A DNA stretch of 64,000 nt from Heteronotia binoei. Lineage: Eukaryota. Made by a program: the position numbers and the translations under genes. Below are positions 1-13,041 of the stretch, piece after piece; within the stretch, counting starts at the first letter, position 1, and every line of letters starts with the position of its first letter. The notes under the pieces are model-generated. The model had not been told where the DNA came from. It ran no database searches and saw only the letters and a list, made by a program, of their open reading frames with translations. The DNA lies in contig NC_083223.1 in NCBI RefSeq assembly GCF_032191835.1, positions 72,044,001 through 72,108,000 of the forward strand. The letters are read 5' to 3'.

Positions 1-785
1 TCCTGCTGGGCTTGTTTTCCTAACATCTTACTGCTAGTTACTGAGAACACCCCACTAATATCAGTGTGAGTGACTTCTAGCTTGAGTGCACTGAGACAAA
101 TGCTGAGAGCTAATTCACATATCACTGTAGCTGATGTGATCGGATCTCATACCACTTTAGCAACAATTGTAAAGAAAAACAGTTTGAGGGAAATGGCACT
201 GTTTTATTCCATGCCAAGAGTCTATGGCTGCCTTCCATTTCTCTTTCACATCTCCTTTGCTTAATAATTAGATTTTACTCTGTACCGCATTGATAAAAAT
301 CTGATTAAAATTAATTGACTGGGCCCTGTCTTACCTACATTCTTATATGCCCATATGTAAACTTTCATAATGTACTTAAATAGGAGATGTTCCAACATAA
401 TTGTAGGAGCACAAAAACAGGACAATAATGTTGCTGTGTTTTATTCAATACAACTTTTACTGTAAATTCATTTCTTGGCAGAATTGTATAATATATGTAA
501 CTTCTAAAAATATTTCTTGTCAGAATATTAGCTGTGTTCTGGGAAATTATTTCCACATGAATAAGAATAGTAAACACCAGCAGTTCTGTTGTATAAAATG
601 CCTTGTGTAGTGGGGTTTGCAAATCACCTGGCTTCTTCCCTTATTACAACAGAGAGGACAGTATTTCATACTTCAGATTGCACCCAATGGAATTAAAATG
701 TAACAATAGCATCAGTTTGATTCTTATTGTTTAATTATATAGACTATGCCAGCCTTGGAATGACTTGGATTGCCTACAGTTTTGC

Positions 786-930
786 CACATCTCAGAAGTT
801 AAGCAAAGTCAGCCCTGGTTAGTACTTGGATGGGAGACCACCAAGCAATGGCAAACCATCCCCATTCATCTCTTGCCTTGAAAACCCTACGGGGTTGCCA
901 TAAATTGGCTGCAACCTGATGACACTCACC
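786..930 (+). mobile_element. Short interspersed repeat with a 5S rRNA-derived head (SINE3-like)
   Basis: ctcagaagttaagc...cctggttagtacttggatgggagacc matches the 5S rRNA box A/C region, followed by a non-5S tail (gcaatggcaaacca...). Related copies at ~7770, ~31105, ~32440, ~36665, ~42555 and ~56270. Confidence 0.7.
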
Positions 931-1341
931 AGTGACACCATCTCCACCCTTATTGAGATATCCTCTTTCTTAGCAGAAAGCTGTGCAACCGCTAATCTGC
1001 ACGAAGATCTGTGTCTTCTCCCCATCAAATAGGTGTGTGGCACTGACAGGACTTGTGCCAACTAGCTTTTCAGTAGCATGCAGCTGTAGGACAGATTTGT
1101 ACAGCACATGCACTTGTTGGATGAGGAACTCTCCCCCCCCCCCTCAACTTGCAGCAGCCTCATATGCATGTGGGGGACCAATCCATGCAAAGGAACCTGC
1201 ACCTATGCATTCATTCATCCCTCACTGTTTCAGAGCAAAAGTATCCCTGCAATGAGGATTTAGTATTTTCTTTGTACTGCCCCGTTTCTTGTTTATGCCT
1301 GAATTGCTCCTTTTTTCTGTGACTGTGTAACTTCGTGGTGG

Positions 1342-1444
1342 TCAGTCATTCTGGAAATGTGAGTTCAGTCCAGATGGATAGATGAATCTTGGAAGAATGT
1401 CCATGTATTTTTTCAAAAAAGCAAAGTGCTTAATGACAAAATTT
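1342..1444 (-). CDS. Candidate terminal coding exon (NFVIKHFAFLKKYMDILPRFIYPSGLNSHFQND*) of an unidentified minus-strand gene
   Basis: Strong acceptor cttcccctccttatagctacag|A; phase-2 start; 34 codons open to TGA; phase-compatible with the 15.8-kb candidate exon. Protein not recognised. Confidence 0.4.
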
Positions 1445-1820
1445 CTGTAGCTATAAGGAGGGGAAGCTTTATCTCCAGTGTGAAAATATCAGTGTCACGT
1501 CAAATGTGTGGGTCTGCTCTGAACTTGGTGTTCTTCTGCAATACTTAAATTGCAAGATGCTGTGCATGCATATTAGAACTGGTACCATATGTATGTGGTA
1601 GAAGTTGTAACCAGTTTCTGGATTTGTAAGTTATTGTAAAATATATATTTTATAATAATGTGACTGTATGGCAGTGTTCTGCCAAGATATGTGACATCAA
1701 AAAAGCAATGGTTTATGTTGCTTATTGCTGTACCATGAAGTAAATATATAAAAAACCCTTTTCAAGTGGCACTTTTAGCTTGCACCAAAGCTTATAATAA
1801 AGCACCTTTTGTGTTAACAG

Positions 1821-1875
1821 TGTCATTCAAGCAAACTATTGAATCTTTCGTTAATGATCTGAACATTAGCAAATG
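1821..1875 (+). CDS. Candidate penultimate exon (SFKQTIESFVNDLNISK-W) of an unidentified plus-strand gene
   Basis: Acceptor ccttttgtgttaacag|, donor TG|gttagg; open frame; ends phase 2 and joins the 2715 exon as TGG (W). Confidence 0.4.
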
Positions 1876-2714
1876 GTTAGGGCTGTGATCTCTTCCCAGT
1901 CTGCCAGAAGAAAAGGTGGGTGTGTTCAAACACAAAGTTTGGCAGAAATAAGAGTAAAAGGATGCAGCCCAATCCATCAGGTGCATCTGCAATGCCCGCA
2001 TCTGTTAAACAGAGAAGTAAAGGGGGATTGCTTTTATTCCTTTTTGAAGAGCACTGTTGATCTTCAAGCAATGTGTTAGCAGAAGTATTTACTGGAGTGG
2101 AACTCATAATGTCACCACTCAAGTTTCTTCTGAAATGTTTCCAGAATGTACCCACTAAATTTAAAATACACTCCCTTAAAACTAATTTCCTTTTGTACTC
2201 ATCTTTAAATATTTATAATGCTGCAGAAGTCTGCTGACTGGCCTTTGACAGCAGAAACAGAACAGCCCTATCAAAACATTTGTGTACCTTAAATTTGGCA
2301 CAAAAGGAGTTACTTTTCAGTAGTGTTTTGTGTAAACCATGTTTAAAATGAAGAGGTGGTAGTGAAAGAAGGTTCTAATAACTTCACTAAAAAGCATTCT
2401 GAGTCTGGTTTTCAGATACCCCCGGGTGAGCATTTCACACTTTGTGTTTCAGTGTTTAATAATTTGTGTGAATGGCTAAACTGCAAAGAGGCCACTCTTA
2501 TCTGATAACATTATTGTGCTTATAGCAAAATATCAGTGTTGTGGTCCAATAACTTACCTAAGAATTGGTTTGTCAGCACATGTGGGAAAATGCTGTCTTA
2601 GCACAGCATTACACAAAGAAATGAGTGAATTCTGGGGTATTATGGCCATGGGTTTCTTAAAATAATTTTTTCCTATTCATCTGTAACAATATTCTGTCTT
2701 TGCTTAGCATGTAG

Positions 2715-2802
2715 GCTCCAAAGGAACATACTTCTGCTTTATGACAAAATTAAGAATGAACTGGAAACAGAACTGGAAATGACTAAGAGTAGGATGAATT
2801 AA
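2715..2802 (+). CDS. Candidate terminal exon (LQRNILLLYDKIKNELETELEMTKSRMN*)
   Basis: Acceptor attctgtctttgcttagcatgtag|G; frame continues from 1821-1875 across an 839-bp GT-AG intron; ends in TAA. Confidence 0.45.
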
Positions 2803-5800
2803 TCATTGGCCATTAAGAGGGGATGCTTGAGTTCCTGCTGGCTGGGCTCAAGTTCTGCTCACCTCTGTAAAGTAAGGAGCAGAATTTTCATTGGGTGTTG
2901 TGATAGTGAACAGATGGAGCCTGTTGGGCAGGTTACTTCAGTTTATTCAAACTGTGCAGTTACAGCATTTTACAAGTGCACATTCTCACAAAGCCCTATA
3001 GGAGTCCTAGCCCCCTGCACCCTGACCTGTTATAGGAATGTCACACTACAGCTAACAGTTAAAGAATGGGCAAACCAATCAGTGATTTATAAACACTGCT
3101 TTTTCTTCCCTTTTCACAAAGCCATATCAGAGTTCCTGTCCCCATTGATTATTACCTGATTCAAACATCAGGAGTCTGGGGGAGAAATGATTTCATCTGT
3201 CTTAGAAATGCAAGAGCAACCATAATGCACATGAAACTTATACACAGCTACTACACTGTCACATAATTGTTTGGTAGCTATTTAAGTAAGATGGTGGCTA
3301 TGGTATATTTATTGTATGAATTACCATGGAACAGTCTCTTCTCTCCCGCCCTTCCAATATTTGTGTGTTGGTTTAGTCTCATGGGGTGGAGACCCTATCA
3401 TTACTTCGTCTACAATTCTGCATGAATTACCTGGCCCTCAAGCCAGTTGCTTCCATCCTTGTATCAATTTACTAAATACATTGATGCTGTTTGGAATGCA
3501 CCTGTCTCTACTGTGTGAACCTAAGAGCAGGAACCTTGGCGAGTATCCTATTCCTGACTTCTAAACAAAAGGGAACATGGCAGTGGCAAAGTAAGGTGAT
3601 CTGAAGCTCTGCTCCTGATTGACTGCAGTTGCTGAAAATCATGGTTGCTGCAAAGTTTGCAGTAGTTCTAATAATAACTAACATTGTCAACTTCTTTTTA
3701 GAGGCAAATGGATCTTTTGTGCATATAACTAATACATGAGACACAGAAATATAATATTGCAACACTCCCAGCAGGGAGACATCTTTAAATAAAAATCACA
3801 ATTCTCGGAGGATAATGGGGGCTTTTCTGGATTGTACTGAAAGGTACCTAGCCTAGCATTCAGCTAAGAGCAAACAACCAGATGCTTCTGGGGAAATTAC
3901 AAGGACTTGAAGGCAACAGCTGCCTCCAGTTTTTGTACCCTACTGTTTGCTTCCTAGACCTATGGGCTAAACTAGATATGACTGTGGGATGTCAATAATT
4001 AGATACATCCAAGTGACTTATTGCTAAATAGCCACAGGATTGAGGGTTCTTCAGGATTGTGCTGTTCTCTTGATTTCAGGGATCCCTCCACAGATTTGCC
4101 TCATTGGGGATAACATATAGATGATGAACTGGCAACTTGTATGCTTCCTCCAACAGAGAAACTGCTTTATGGCAGTGGTGCTCAGTTCAAGTACCACATT
4201 CACAAATACCATTCACAAAGACAGCCATGCCCTGGCATGAAGTGTTCACCTGCCAGGAGCTGTTCCATGATGAGAACCACATGTCAACCACAGGCCTCAC
4301 TGGGTAAGGGCTTTACTTTCTTGAAACATGGGGCAGGTGCAACATTGGGGAACAACGAAGAGCCACAGGGGCATGTCAAAGAACCATGTATGTCTTCCAA
4401 GCCACTGAGTATCACTGCTCCACTCTACAGAATCGTTTGGAATTGGGAAAACAAGGAGGGGAAGGGGTTAACTCTGCTATAAAATCATGGATCTAGTCTA
4501 AATAAGAATGCTGCTGTTTACTAATGAAACTATTCAGGTGATTCATTCACGGATCTTCCAGGATCTTCTCTAGCTTGCATTTAATAAATCAGTTTGAGAG
4601 GGATGGATGTCTTTTACCACCCTTGAAAACCAACATTTTCGTGGACTGAAGACAGATGCACCTGGCCTGCAAAAGCTGGTGCCACAAATAGTGTTTTGGA
4701 TGACACACAACTCTTTGTTCACTTTCTAACAACTTGCTCTTTGCTGAGTATGAAGCAGTCAAGAAATGTAGCTAATCTAGATTTGAATTCATTTTTTTAA
4801 CAAGTGAAAATTATATCAGGATAGTTGGCTCAGAGGCTATCTGACTAGCATTTCAAAACCCATTTAGTCTACAGAACTCCTACAAGTTCATGAAAATGCT
4901 CTATACCAAGAAGTTTAAAAATTATTTGCTTCCTGGGCTGAACATATTTAATAAATCAGAAGCAAGGTCTATTTAATTTAGCAGGATTTATTTCCAGTTA
5001 GGCTTGCTTAGAATAAGGCTGTGGGTTTCTTGAGACTGGAATCCTACACCAGTGCCCTAGAAGGTGACCTAAAATTGGATTATGCATGCTTAGGGTCTTG
5101 TTGCATGGCCCTGTGTCGCTTTTTATTCCTACAAGCCCTCAATTTACCATCTTGGTAACACCTGGGCTTTGTAAACCTTTTGTTCTTGTTTACAGCTTTT
5201 CCCAAGAACACCTGAAAACGTTCTCAAATATATTTCCTTTTGTTAAAATGACACAATACTGTAGACCAGGTAAGAATAGTTCCCATCAGCACTTTCAGAC
5301 TAATTTGGAAGAAGCTTTGAGACTGATACTAGAGAGAAATGTTTTGATCGGCAGAGTTTTTCTCAAACATAATACAACTAGACAGTTGTGCAGCCAAGCC
5401 TTCAGCTGATATATATGCATGCAAAGCATCCCCCACTCAATCCTCCCATGCTGTACCTTGCCCATCTTCTGCAGGATACTAAGACCCAATTTACTGTTCT
5501 GTTCTCTTTGATACCATCCTCCATCTCTCTCCTTCCTGCATTCTGCTGGGCAGCAAGCTTTCCAGAGCTCAAATTTATTGAACTGCTTACTGCCTTTCCT
5601 TGTAATGGGGACCGAAGGTGGTTTACATCATTATCTTCACTGCCATTTTATCTTCACAATCCTGTGAAACTGAGAGTATATGACTGGCCCAATGTCACTG
5701 AACAAGCTTCCATGGCAGCGTGGGGATTTGAACCTGAATCTTTCAGATCCTTGTCTGACACACTAATCATTCCACCACAAATGGAATACAATATTAATTA

Positions 5801-5937
5801 ATGAACAAATGTGAACTTCTGCCTGGGGATTTTGCAAACTATGTCAGACAGAATTGTTTAGAAAGGCATTTTTATAAATTGAATAGGGCTGTGTCATTGG
5901 TCTGGAAATATGCACCATATTTCTACTGATGTAATAT

Positions 5938-6531
5938 CAGGGCTTTTTTGTAGCAGGAGTTCCTTTGCATAATAGGCCACACACCTGATGTAGTCAATCC
6001 TCGAAGAGCTTACAGGGCTTTTAGTACAGAACCTACTGTAAGCTCCAGGAGGACTGGCTACATCAGGGGTGTGTGGCCTATTATGCAAAGGAGTTCCTGT
6101 TGCAAAAAAAAAGCCCTGTTGCAAAAAAAAGCCCAGTAGAAATATGGTGCATTTCCCAGACTAATGACACAGCCCTATTCAATAGCCCTAATGTAGCCCT
6201 GATGTAGCCAATGCTCCTGGAACTTACAGTAGGCTCTGTCAGGGCTTTTTTTTTTTGTAGAAGAAGCCCAGCAAGAACTCATTTGCACATTAGGCCACAC
6301 ATTCTGACACCACCATTGTTTCACACAAGGCTTTTTTGTAGAAGAAGCCCAGGAAGAACTCATTGCATATTATGTCACACCCCCTGATACCAAGCCAACC
6401 GGAACTGTGTTCCTGCTCAAAAAATAGCCCTGGGCTCTGTACTAAAAGCCCTGTAAGCTTTAGGAGGATTGGCTACATCAGGGATGTGTAGTCTAATATG
6501 CAAAGGAGTCCTTGCTACAAAAAAAGCCCTG
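5938..6531. mobile_element. Composite of palindromic hAT-type MITEs (CAGGGCTTTTTTGTAGCAGGA... family)
   Basis: Full palindromic copy at 5938-6118 plus an inverted partial copy ending at 6531; the block is flanked by tgtaatat/tgtaatac (7/8 TSD). Confidence 0.8.
6240..6432. mobile_element. hAT MITE nested in the centre of another MITE
   Basis: CAGGGC...GCCCTG termini; exact 8-bp TSD ggctctgt (6232-6239 and 6433-6440). Confidence 0.85.
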
Positions 6532-6787
6532 TGTAATACTATGTTCAACACTGTTTAACATGACATGTTTAATACTTATGGTTTGTTCAGATGACAGCTC
6601 AGCTTGAGAATTTCTGCAGCTCCTAGTCCTATTATGTTGCTTATTAGATATATCACTCTATTAATTGCATTGATTTGCACAGTATAATCTGTCTTGAGTC
6701 TCAGTGAGAAAGGCAGACTATAAATAATGCAATTAAAAATAAATCTAGCACAGCCGGTCATTATTTTAAATAACAGAAGTGGTAAAA

Positions 6788-7075
6788 GGTAAAGTCAGTC
6801 CCCTGTGCAAGTACCAGTCGTTTCCGACTCTGGGGTGATGTCGCATCACAATGTTTTCACAGCAGACTTTTTATGGGGTGGTTTTTCATTGCCTTCTCTA
6901 GTCATCTACACTTCCCCCCAGCAAGCTGGGTACCCATTTTACTGACCTTGGAATGATGGAAGGCTGAGTCAACCATGAGCCGGCTACCTGAGCCCAGCTT
7001 CGGCCGAAATCAAAATCGGGTCATGAGCAGAGAGTTCAGACTGCAGTACTGCAGCTTTACCACTCTGCGCCACAG
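6788..7075 (-). mobile_element. Sauria SINE-like element
   Basis: Reverse complement of the plus-strand copy at 54003-54272: tRNA-like head, cagcaagctgggtac core, (acctttt)-type tail. Confidence 0.8.
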
Positions 7076-7079
7076 AAGA

Positions 7080-7355
7080 TATTGAAGATGAAGAAGATAT
7101 TGGATTTATATCCCGCCCTCCACTCCGAAGAGTCTCAGAGCAGCTCACAATCTCCTTTACCTTCCTCCCCCACAACAGACACCCTGTGAGGTGGGTGGGG
7201 CTGAGAGGGCTCTCACAGCAGCTTCCCTTTCAAGGACAACCTCTGCCAGAGCTATGGCTGATCCAAGGCCATGCTAGCAGGTGCAAGTGGAGGAGTGGGG
7301 AATCAAACCCGGTTCCCCCAGATAAGAGTCCGCACACTTAACCACTACACCAAAC
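7080..7355 (-). mobile_element. tRNA-derived SINE (Squam3-like) with an L2-type 3' end
   Basis: Head ggagagccagtttggtgtagtggttaag...ggtttgattcccc (reverse strand); tail gggcgggatataaatccaatatcttcttc. Directly abuts the Sauria SINE. Confidence 0.75.
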
Positions 7356-7898
7356 TGGCTCTCCAGGGTAGAAGTGCTAGAAGTTATCAAATAAAACCTT
7401 ATTAAGACCAACTAAAAATCACAAAAGTGAGGAAATGTTTATGTTCATTAAACCATTTAATCAAGCAAAAGCTAAACTAAACATTCAGCCCACTGAAAAT
7501 TTATGATGAACACAAATAACTTCTTCACTTCCTTGGGATTACTTTTTTTTTTTAAGTTACTTTAGGATTCCCAAATGTAGCTGACACTAAAGCCACATTC
7601 TATGCAAAAATAGTTGGTGAATTTTCTGTCCATTTGGCCCTGATCTGGATGGCCCTGGCTAGCAGAATCTTATGTCTGCTGTTTTTATAGTCCAATGGTT
7701 GTTAGCCACCCTGAGCCCACTTGCGGAGAGGACGGGATATAAATCCAATCAATTAAATTAAATGAGGTCTGGACAGCTAAACAAGGTCAACCTTGATTAG
7801 TACTTGGATGGGAGACTACCAAGGAAGTCTAGGGCTGCTACATCAGAGACAGGCAGTGGCAAACCACCTTTGTTTGTCCTTTGCCTTGAAACCCTACA

Positions 7899-8448
7899 CA
7901 GGGATGTCAGACTCATTTGTTATGAGAGCCGGATCTGACATAAATGAGTCCATGTGTGTACCTATTTAAGATTAGGTAGCAGAGATATAAACTTTATAAA
8001 GGACACAAACACGATTATTTTTTAAAAAAAACCCTTAAAACATGTTCAAAACGTTAGCACTCGGTTTTAAAGGTGCTTTCTTGGTATTTTTCCCTTGGGA
8101 TTCAGGGAATTGGCAAAGGAAGCTCTGGTTCTTTCCTTTCTTCCCTGGGGGACTGGTGGGAGAGGAGCCACAGCCAACAGAAGGAAGAGAGGCTTGGCTC
8201 AGTAGCTCTGCTGTGTGATTGAGAGAGCCTGGGAAAACAAAGTTCTGCCTCCCCCCCCCCCATGGAGAAAATAGAGATTTTGCTCTGTAGCTCCTGTGCA
8301 ATTGAGCAAGCCTTGCAAAGCTAGCTGTGATGCAGAAGGAAGCAAGATATAGGGAGAAGGAAGCAGATAACAGCCAGCTGTTTAGGGGTCTGATAGGAGC
8401 TCTCCATGGGCCTGATTTGGCCCCCAGGCCGTATGTTTGACACCCCTG
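7899..8448. mobile_element. Non-autonomous hAT-type DNA transposon (~550 bp)
   Basis: TIRs cagggatgtcagac / gtttgacacccctg; ccctaca duplicated at both ends; inverted sibling at ~47050-47613 and partial copy at ~14230-14560. Confidence 0.7.
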
Positions 8449-8456
8449 CCCTACAG

Positions 8457-8830
8457 GGTAGGGTTCCCAGCCTCCTCCTGTGGGTGGGGTTTCCCCCAGT
8501 TTCGGGGATCCCCAACCCACCAGCACGGAGTTGGCCTGTGGGGGGATCCCTGCCCCCAAAGAGCTCCATCATGCCTGATGTTTCTGCTGCAATGATATCA
8601 CTTCCATATGACATCACTGTACCAGGCATACTGTGCAGGAAACGTTCTAGCAATTTGGGTAAAAACTCTATGACACCCTAGAGTAATTACCCAAATTTCT
8701 AGAGCATCCCTTGCACAATGTGCCTGGCATGATGATGTCACCCGGAAATTATGTAATTGTGCCAGGCACATTGCACAGGGACGTGAGAAGATTCCCCCTG
8801 CCAGTAGCCAGGTAAGATCTAGCAACCCTA
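8457..8830. mobile_element. Non-autonomous DNA-transposon-like repeat (tagggttgcca...tggcaacccta family)
   Basis: Inverted termini tagggttcccag / ctagcaacccta; internal hairpin-forming segments. Confidence 0.5.
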
Positions 8831-11800
8831 CCACAGGGTCATTATACGTCGGCTGTGATGTGACAGCACATTATTGTTGTTTGCATTTCTATATTGCCCA
8901 TAGCTCTCTGGGCTGAAGCTCTCTGGGCAGTTTACCAAAAATATAAAAATAATAAACTACAATAAATACAATATTAAGGATTCAAAATTAAAGATAACAT
9001 GAAAAACAAATACTTTTCACCACCATATGTGTTTGACAGAACCCCGCCCCCCCCCCCAGACACCATAAAATGTCCTACATTTATACATGTAAAATGGTTG
9101 GTATTTCAATAGAGTGTATGTATGTAAAGGCTATGTCAATTTGGCAAAGTTCAAACCATTTAACTTTAGTGCTTCCAAAACCCATTTAAATCAACCAATC
9201 TAGAGAAAGTAGTTTCAGAATCTCTATTTTAGGTGCCAAGGAAACATAGCCTTCTGGTAAAGAAGGCCACAAAATCATATTTTGAAATGTAACACTTAGC
9301 CACATCTGGAGTAGTATCCCCAATCCTTCTATCAAATTAGTATTAAACTAAGTCATAAACCATCCTCCATCAAACAGCACTTTTCCAAAACCAATGGAAG
9401 CTTTGGGCAGATGTTAGATTCCCACCTACCCTGAAATCCATTCTTTTGTAATGACTCTTTATCACCTGACATTATCATGCAGAGCAAGTGTTAAATTTCT
9501 CTGCTAAAAGCCATTTGACACAAACACAGGGTAACTTTTCTAGGTAATTAACTTTAGATGTAACAAAGTACTCTGAAATGTATTGAGACTGCACTTAGAA
9601 AATTGTCAAAATGCAGGTCATATACCAAAGTGTCATGAATTATGAGCCTGTCACATCAGCCTATTCAGAATAATGCAACATTACATCAAGACCTAAGGGT
9701 ATGTGGCCTCCTTGGCCACAAACCCGTAACTATGTGGACATTACTCCACATAGTTATGGAATGCTTGTGAATGCAACTATGTAAAAAGGGCCAATTTCCT
9801 AGATGCTTCCCATACTGAATGGGAAGATGAGGATAAGGAAGGAAATACCAATACAGTTCACCTCATCTTCCTGGTTGTTGTATTCACATGCATTATGAAA
9901 AAGCATGGGATGACACCTTGTGGAAACAATATGTTTTTGTGTAACATAGAATGAGATCTTCAGAGTCAACTTATAGTGCCATATAAATTGTCTGTTGGCT
10001 GTGTTCAAACAGATGTGTACAGGGATTTAAAACAAAATACGTAATATCTGAAGTAACTTCAGGCATGTTTACTAAGTCAAAGAAGATCAAGGCAATAAGC
10101 TTGTCTCTGTCACCATGATCCTGCCAACCATATGAGTCTGACCTCAGCTGAAGAAAGCTTTGTGTGCTCTGAAGTAATACATCCTTGGTGCTTGCGAAGA
10201 AAATATTTTGTGATTTTTATTTATGTTCTTGTTAAAATTATCTTCTGTGATCTTCAGCTCTTGCTCCCTCACTTGGTATAGTTGATAGTATACAAACATG
10301 AAGTGGTTAAACTTCTTATTTTGCATTTTAGTGCATGGCAATATAATCATTACCATTACACTGTCACTTTGAATTTGAAAAGTCAATGTAGTGTTATTGG
10401 ATCACATGACCATGTTGAGGTAGAACAGAGGACAGCTTCAACTTTGAATTGCATATAAAGGCTTGGAATAGGTCTAAAAGGTAACTGGGATATACTATCT
10501 TACTGAATAGACATACTCTGTCTTGTTCCGCTAAGGCCACTTGTTCTGGTGTGCAAACCAGTTACATAGGAAACCAACACTTGGTTTCAGCTCCTTCCGT
10601 GTTTTATCAGTGTTGAAGTCTACCAAAGGAGACTAGCTGTAGGTTGCTCACAGTAAGTCTAAAGTTAACTCAGATTTGCTCATATCACATGTTTTCTACT
10701 GATACCCCTAAGTAGCATACAGACTCTCTGTTTATAATTTACTTCCACCCCCTGCTCATTAAACACACACATGCAAAAACAGCTAGGGAAATGAACTGAA
10801 GATGGATGTTCCAATAGGTGTTCATATTTGTTCCTCCCATTAAACTTTTGGGGACTCTTCTGTCAGCCAGATTGGTGCTGCTATCACAATCTTGACCAGG
10901 GCTGTAGACATGATTGCTCCGGACTATCCTCTGTCCTCCAGGAGAGCCCAGGTTGCTCCTTGGTTTACTGGGGAGCTTGCAGTGAAGCAGCAGCTGGGCA
11001 GACAGCTTAAATGCAAGTAGAGGAAAGCTCAAAGTGAATGACCGAACAAAGGTGAGAACATATTACTGAACCTATTTTGTGGTGGTGATGTGGCAAAGAC
11101 ACTTCTCTGCCATTCATTGTATCCATGCAATGCCATCAAGTGGACCTTTTCTGGGTAGACCTGGAAAACATACAGGCCTGCTATGATGTTTTTGCTATGC
11201 ATTTTGCAGATAAAATCATTCACACTTAGATTCCACAGTTGGAGCGGTTCAGTGTCAGAATGCCACTGGAGCGCAGCTTGGTCCTAATTATATAGAGGAC
11301 TTCCAGTTGGTTGTGGAAGAAAATTTGTTTAAGCCTGACTTCAGGCATGTCAAATCTGCTGGCGTCTCCATTAGGGCTGAATGAAGAGGTCACACAGAAG
11401 AAAAAGGGATGTGCTCTGCTGAAGAGATAACACAGTGGTGAGTATACCAGAAAGAACTGGTTTGAAGCAGCCTGTAAGCCAGCTTTTGAGAAAGTGAGCA
11501 AGAAGTCAGGAGAAGAAAATGTTACATTTAGGTTTGAGATGAACATGCTCATCTACAAGAAGTATAAAATGGACTTGGAGGCTGTAACTTCTTGTGCTGT
11601 TTCCTGCAATCATACAATAAATGAATTCAGCAGCTTTGGAAATTATTTTTAGTGCCTTTCTTTGACATGGTGATGCCTAACAAAGTGAACAAGATGTTCA
11701 GAAGTATGCAGCCCACCAGATCTAGACACAATCCTTGCCTTTCATGGGTGTAGGTATCGAGCAAGGTAGGGTTGGTTGAATGGGTCTGTGAGGAATGGGT

Positions 11801-12820
11801 CTGCAGGAGGTGTAATTCTGACCATCTGGAAAGAGCATGTGGCCCCTGTTGAAGAAGATAGCCTTGGATCCCACTGACTTGAACAACTACTGCAACATGG
11901 CCATCATTTTATTTTGGGACCAGGTGCTTGAGCAGGTGATAGCCTCAAAGTTTTAGGCAGTCTTGGAGGAGATGGATTATCTATACATTTTTTTAATCTG
12001 GATCCAAGATTAGGCTTGGAATAGAAATGGGCCTGGTTAGCCTAATGGATGATCTTCACCAAGACAATGACAGGGGAGTACATCCCTGTTGATTCTCTTA
12101 GATCCCTCTGTGGAGTTCAGTACCATTGCCTGTGGTAGGCTTCTGGAGAGGCTGATTGAGTTGGGAGTGGAAAGTACCACTCTTTGGTGGTTCTGTTATT
12201 ACTTGAATGACTGATTCCAGACCTCTGGATTCCAGGGGGACTGTTGCTCAATCTGATGGTATTTATGCTATGGAGACCCAAAAGATTTCATCTTGGTCTT
12301 CATGCTGTTTAACATCTACATGAAATGGCTAAAATAAAACATCAGGGGATTTGGAATAAGATGCAACTAATATATGGATGACACCCAGCTATACTTCTCC
12401 TTAACAGCCAAGTCAAGTGGGTCAGGGCAAGTCCTGAACAGGTGCCTTGAGAAGATAATGGGATGAATGAGGGCAGTAAACTGAAGCTCAGTCTAGATAA
12501 CACTGAGGCAAAGCTGCTCGAGGATTGTAGAGTCAAATTATCTTGGATTCCCCATGAATGAATAGATTTGTAGCTTGGGATACTTCTGAATTCTGGCCTA
12601 CAGTTGAGGCCCAGATCTCATTAGTTTTGGCTGATAATCCAGCTTTGACCATTTATTGAAAAATATGATCCATACTCCTGGTTCAGGTTCGATTACTGGA
12701 ACGCACTTTATACGGGGCCAGGCCACCTTCAGCTCATCCAAATGGCAGCATCCAAAGTATTGTCTGGTGTGGGATATAGGGGTAGTATCACCGCAGTGCT
12801 GAAAGATCTGCACTGGCTGC

Positions 12821-12983
12821 CAATGTTCTCTCTAACCTGCAGAAACTTGTGAGCAAAAATTCTACTTTGTGAACTACTGGCATTAAAGTTGTGAGCTACT
12901 GCATAAATTATTGTGCTCTGGGGTCATCTTCCCTGAGCTAAGATAAAAATGTGTGAGCTGAAGGCTAAAAATCTGTGAGCTAG

Positions 12984-13041
<58 letters not shown>

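Noticed and set aside
365-622. 85-aa minus-strand ORF in AT-rich sequence
   Set aside because: No recognisable motif or convincing splice sites; compatible with chance or with 3' UTR sequence.
8035-8834. Overlapping ORFs of 78-174 aa
   Set aside because: They lie within non-autonomous transposon repeats and have no domain motifs or splice support.
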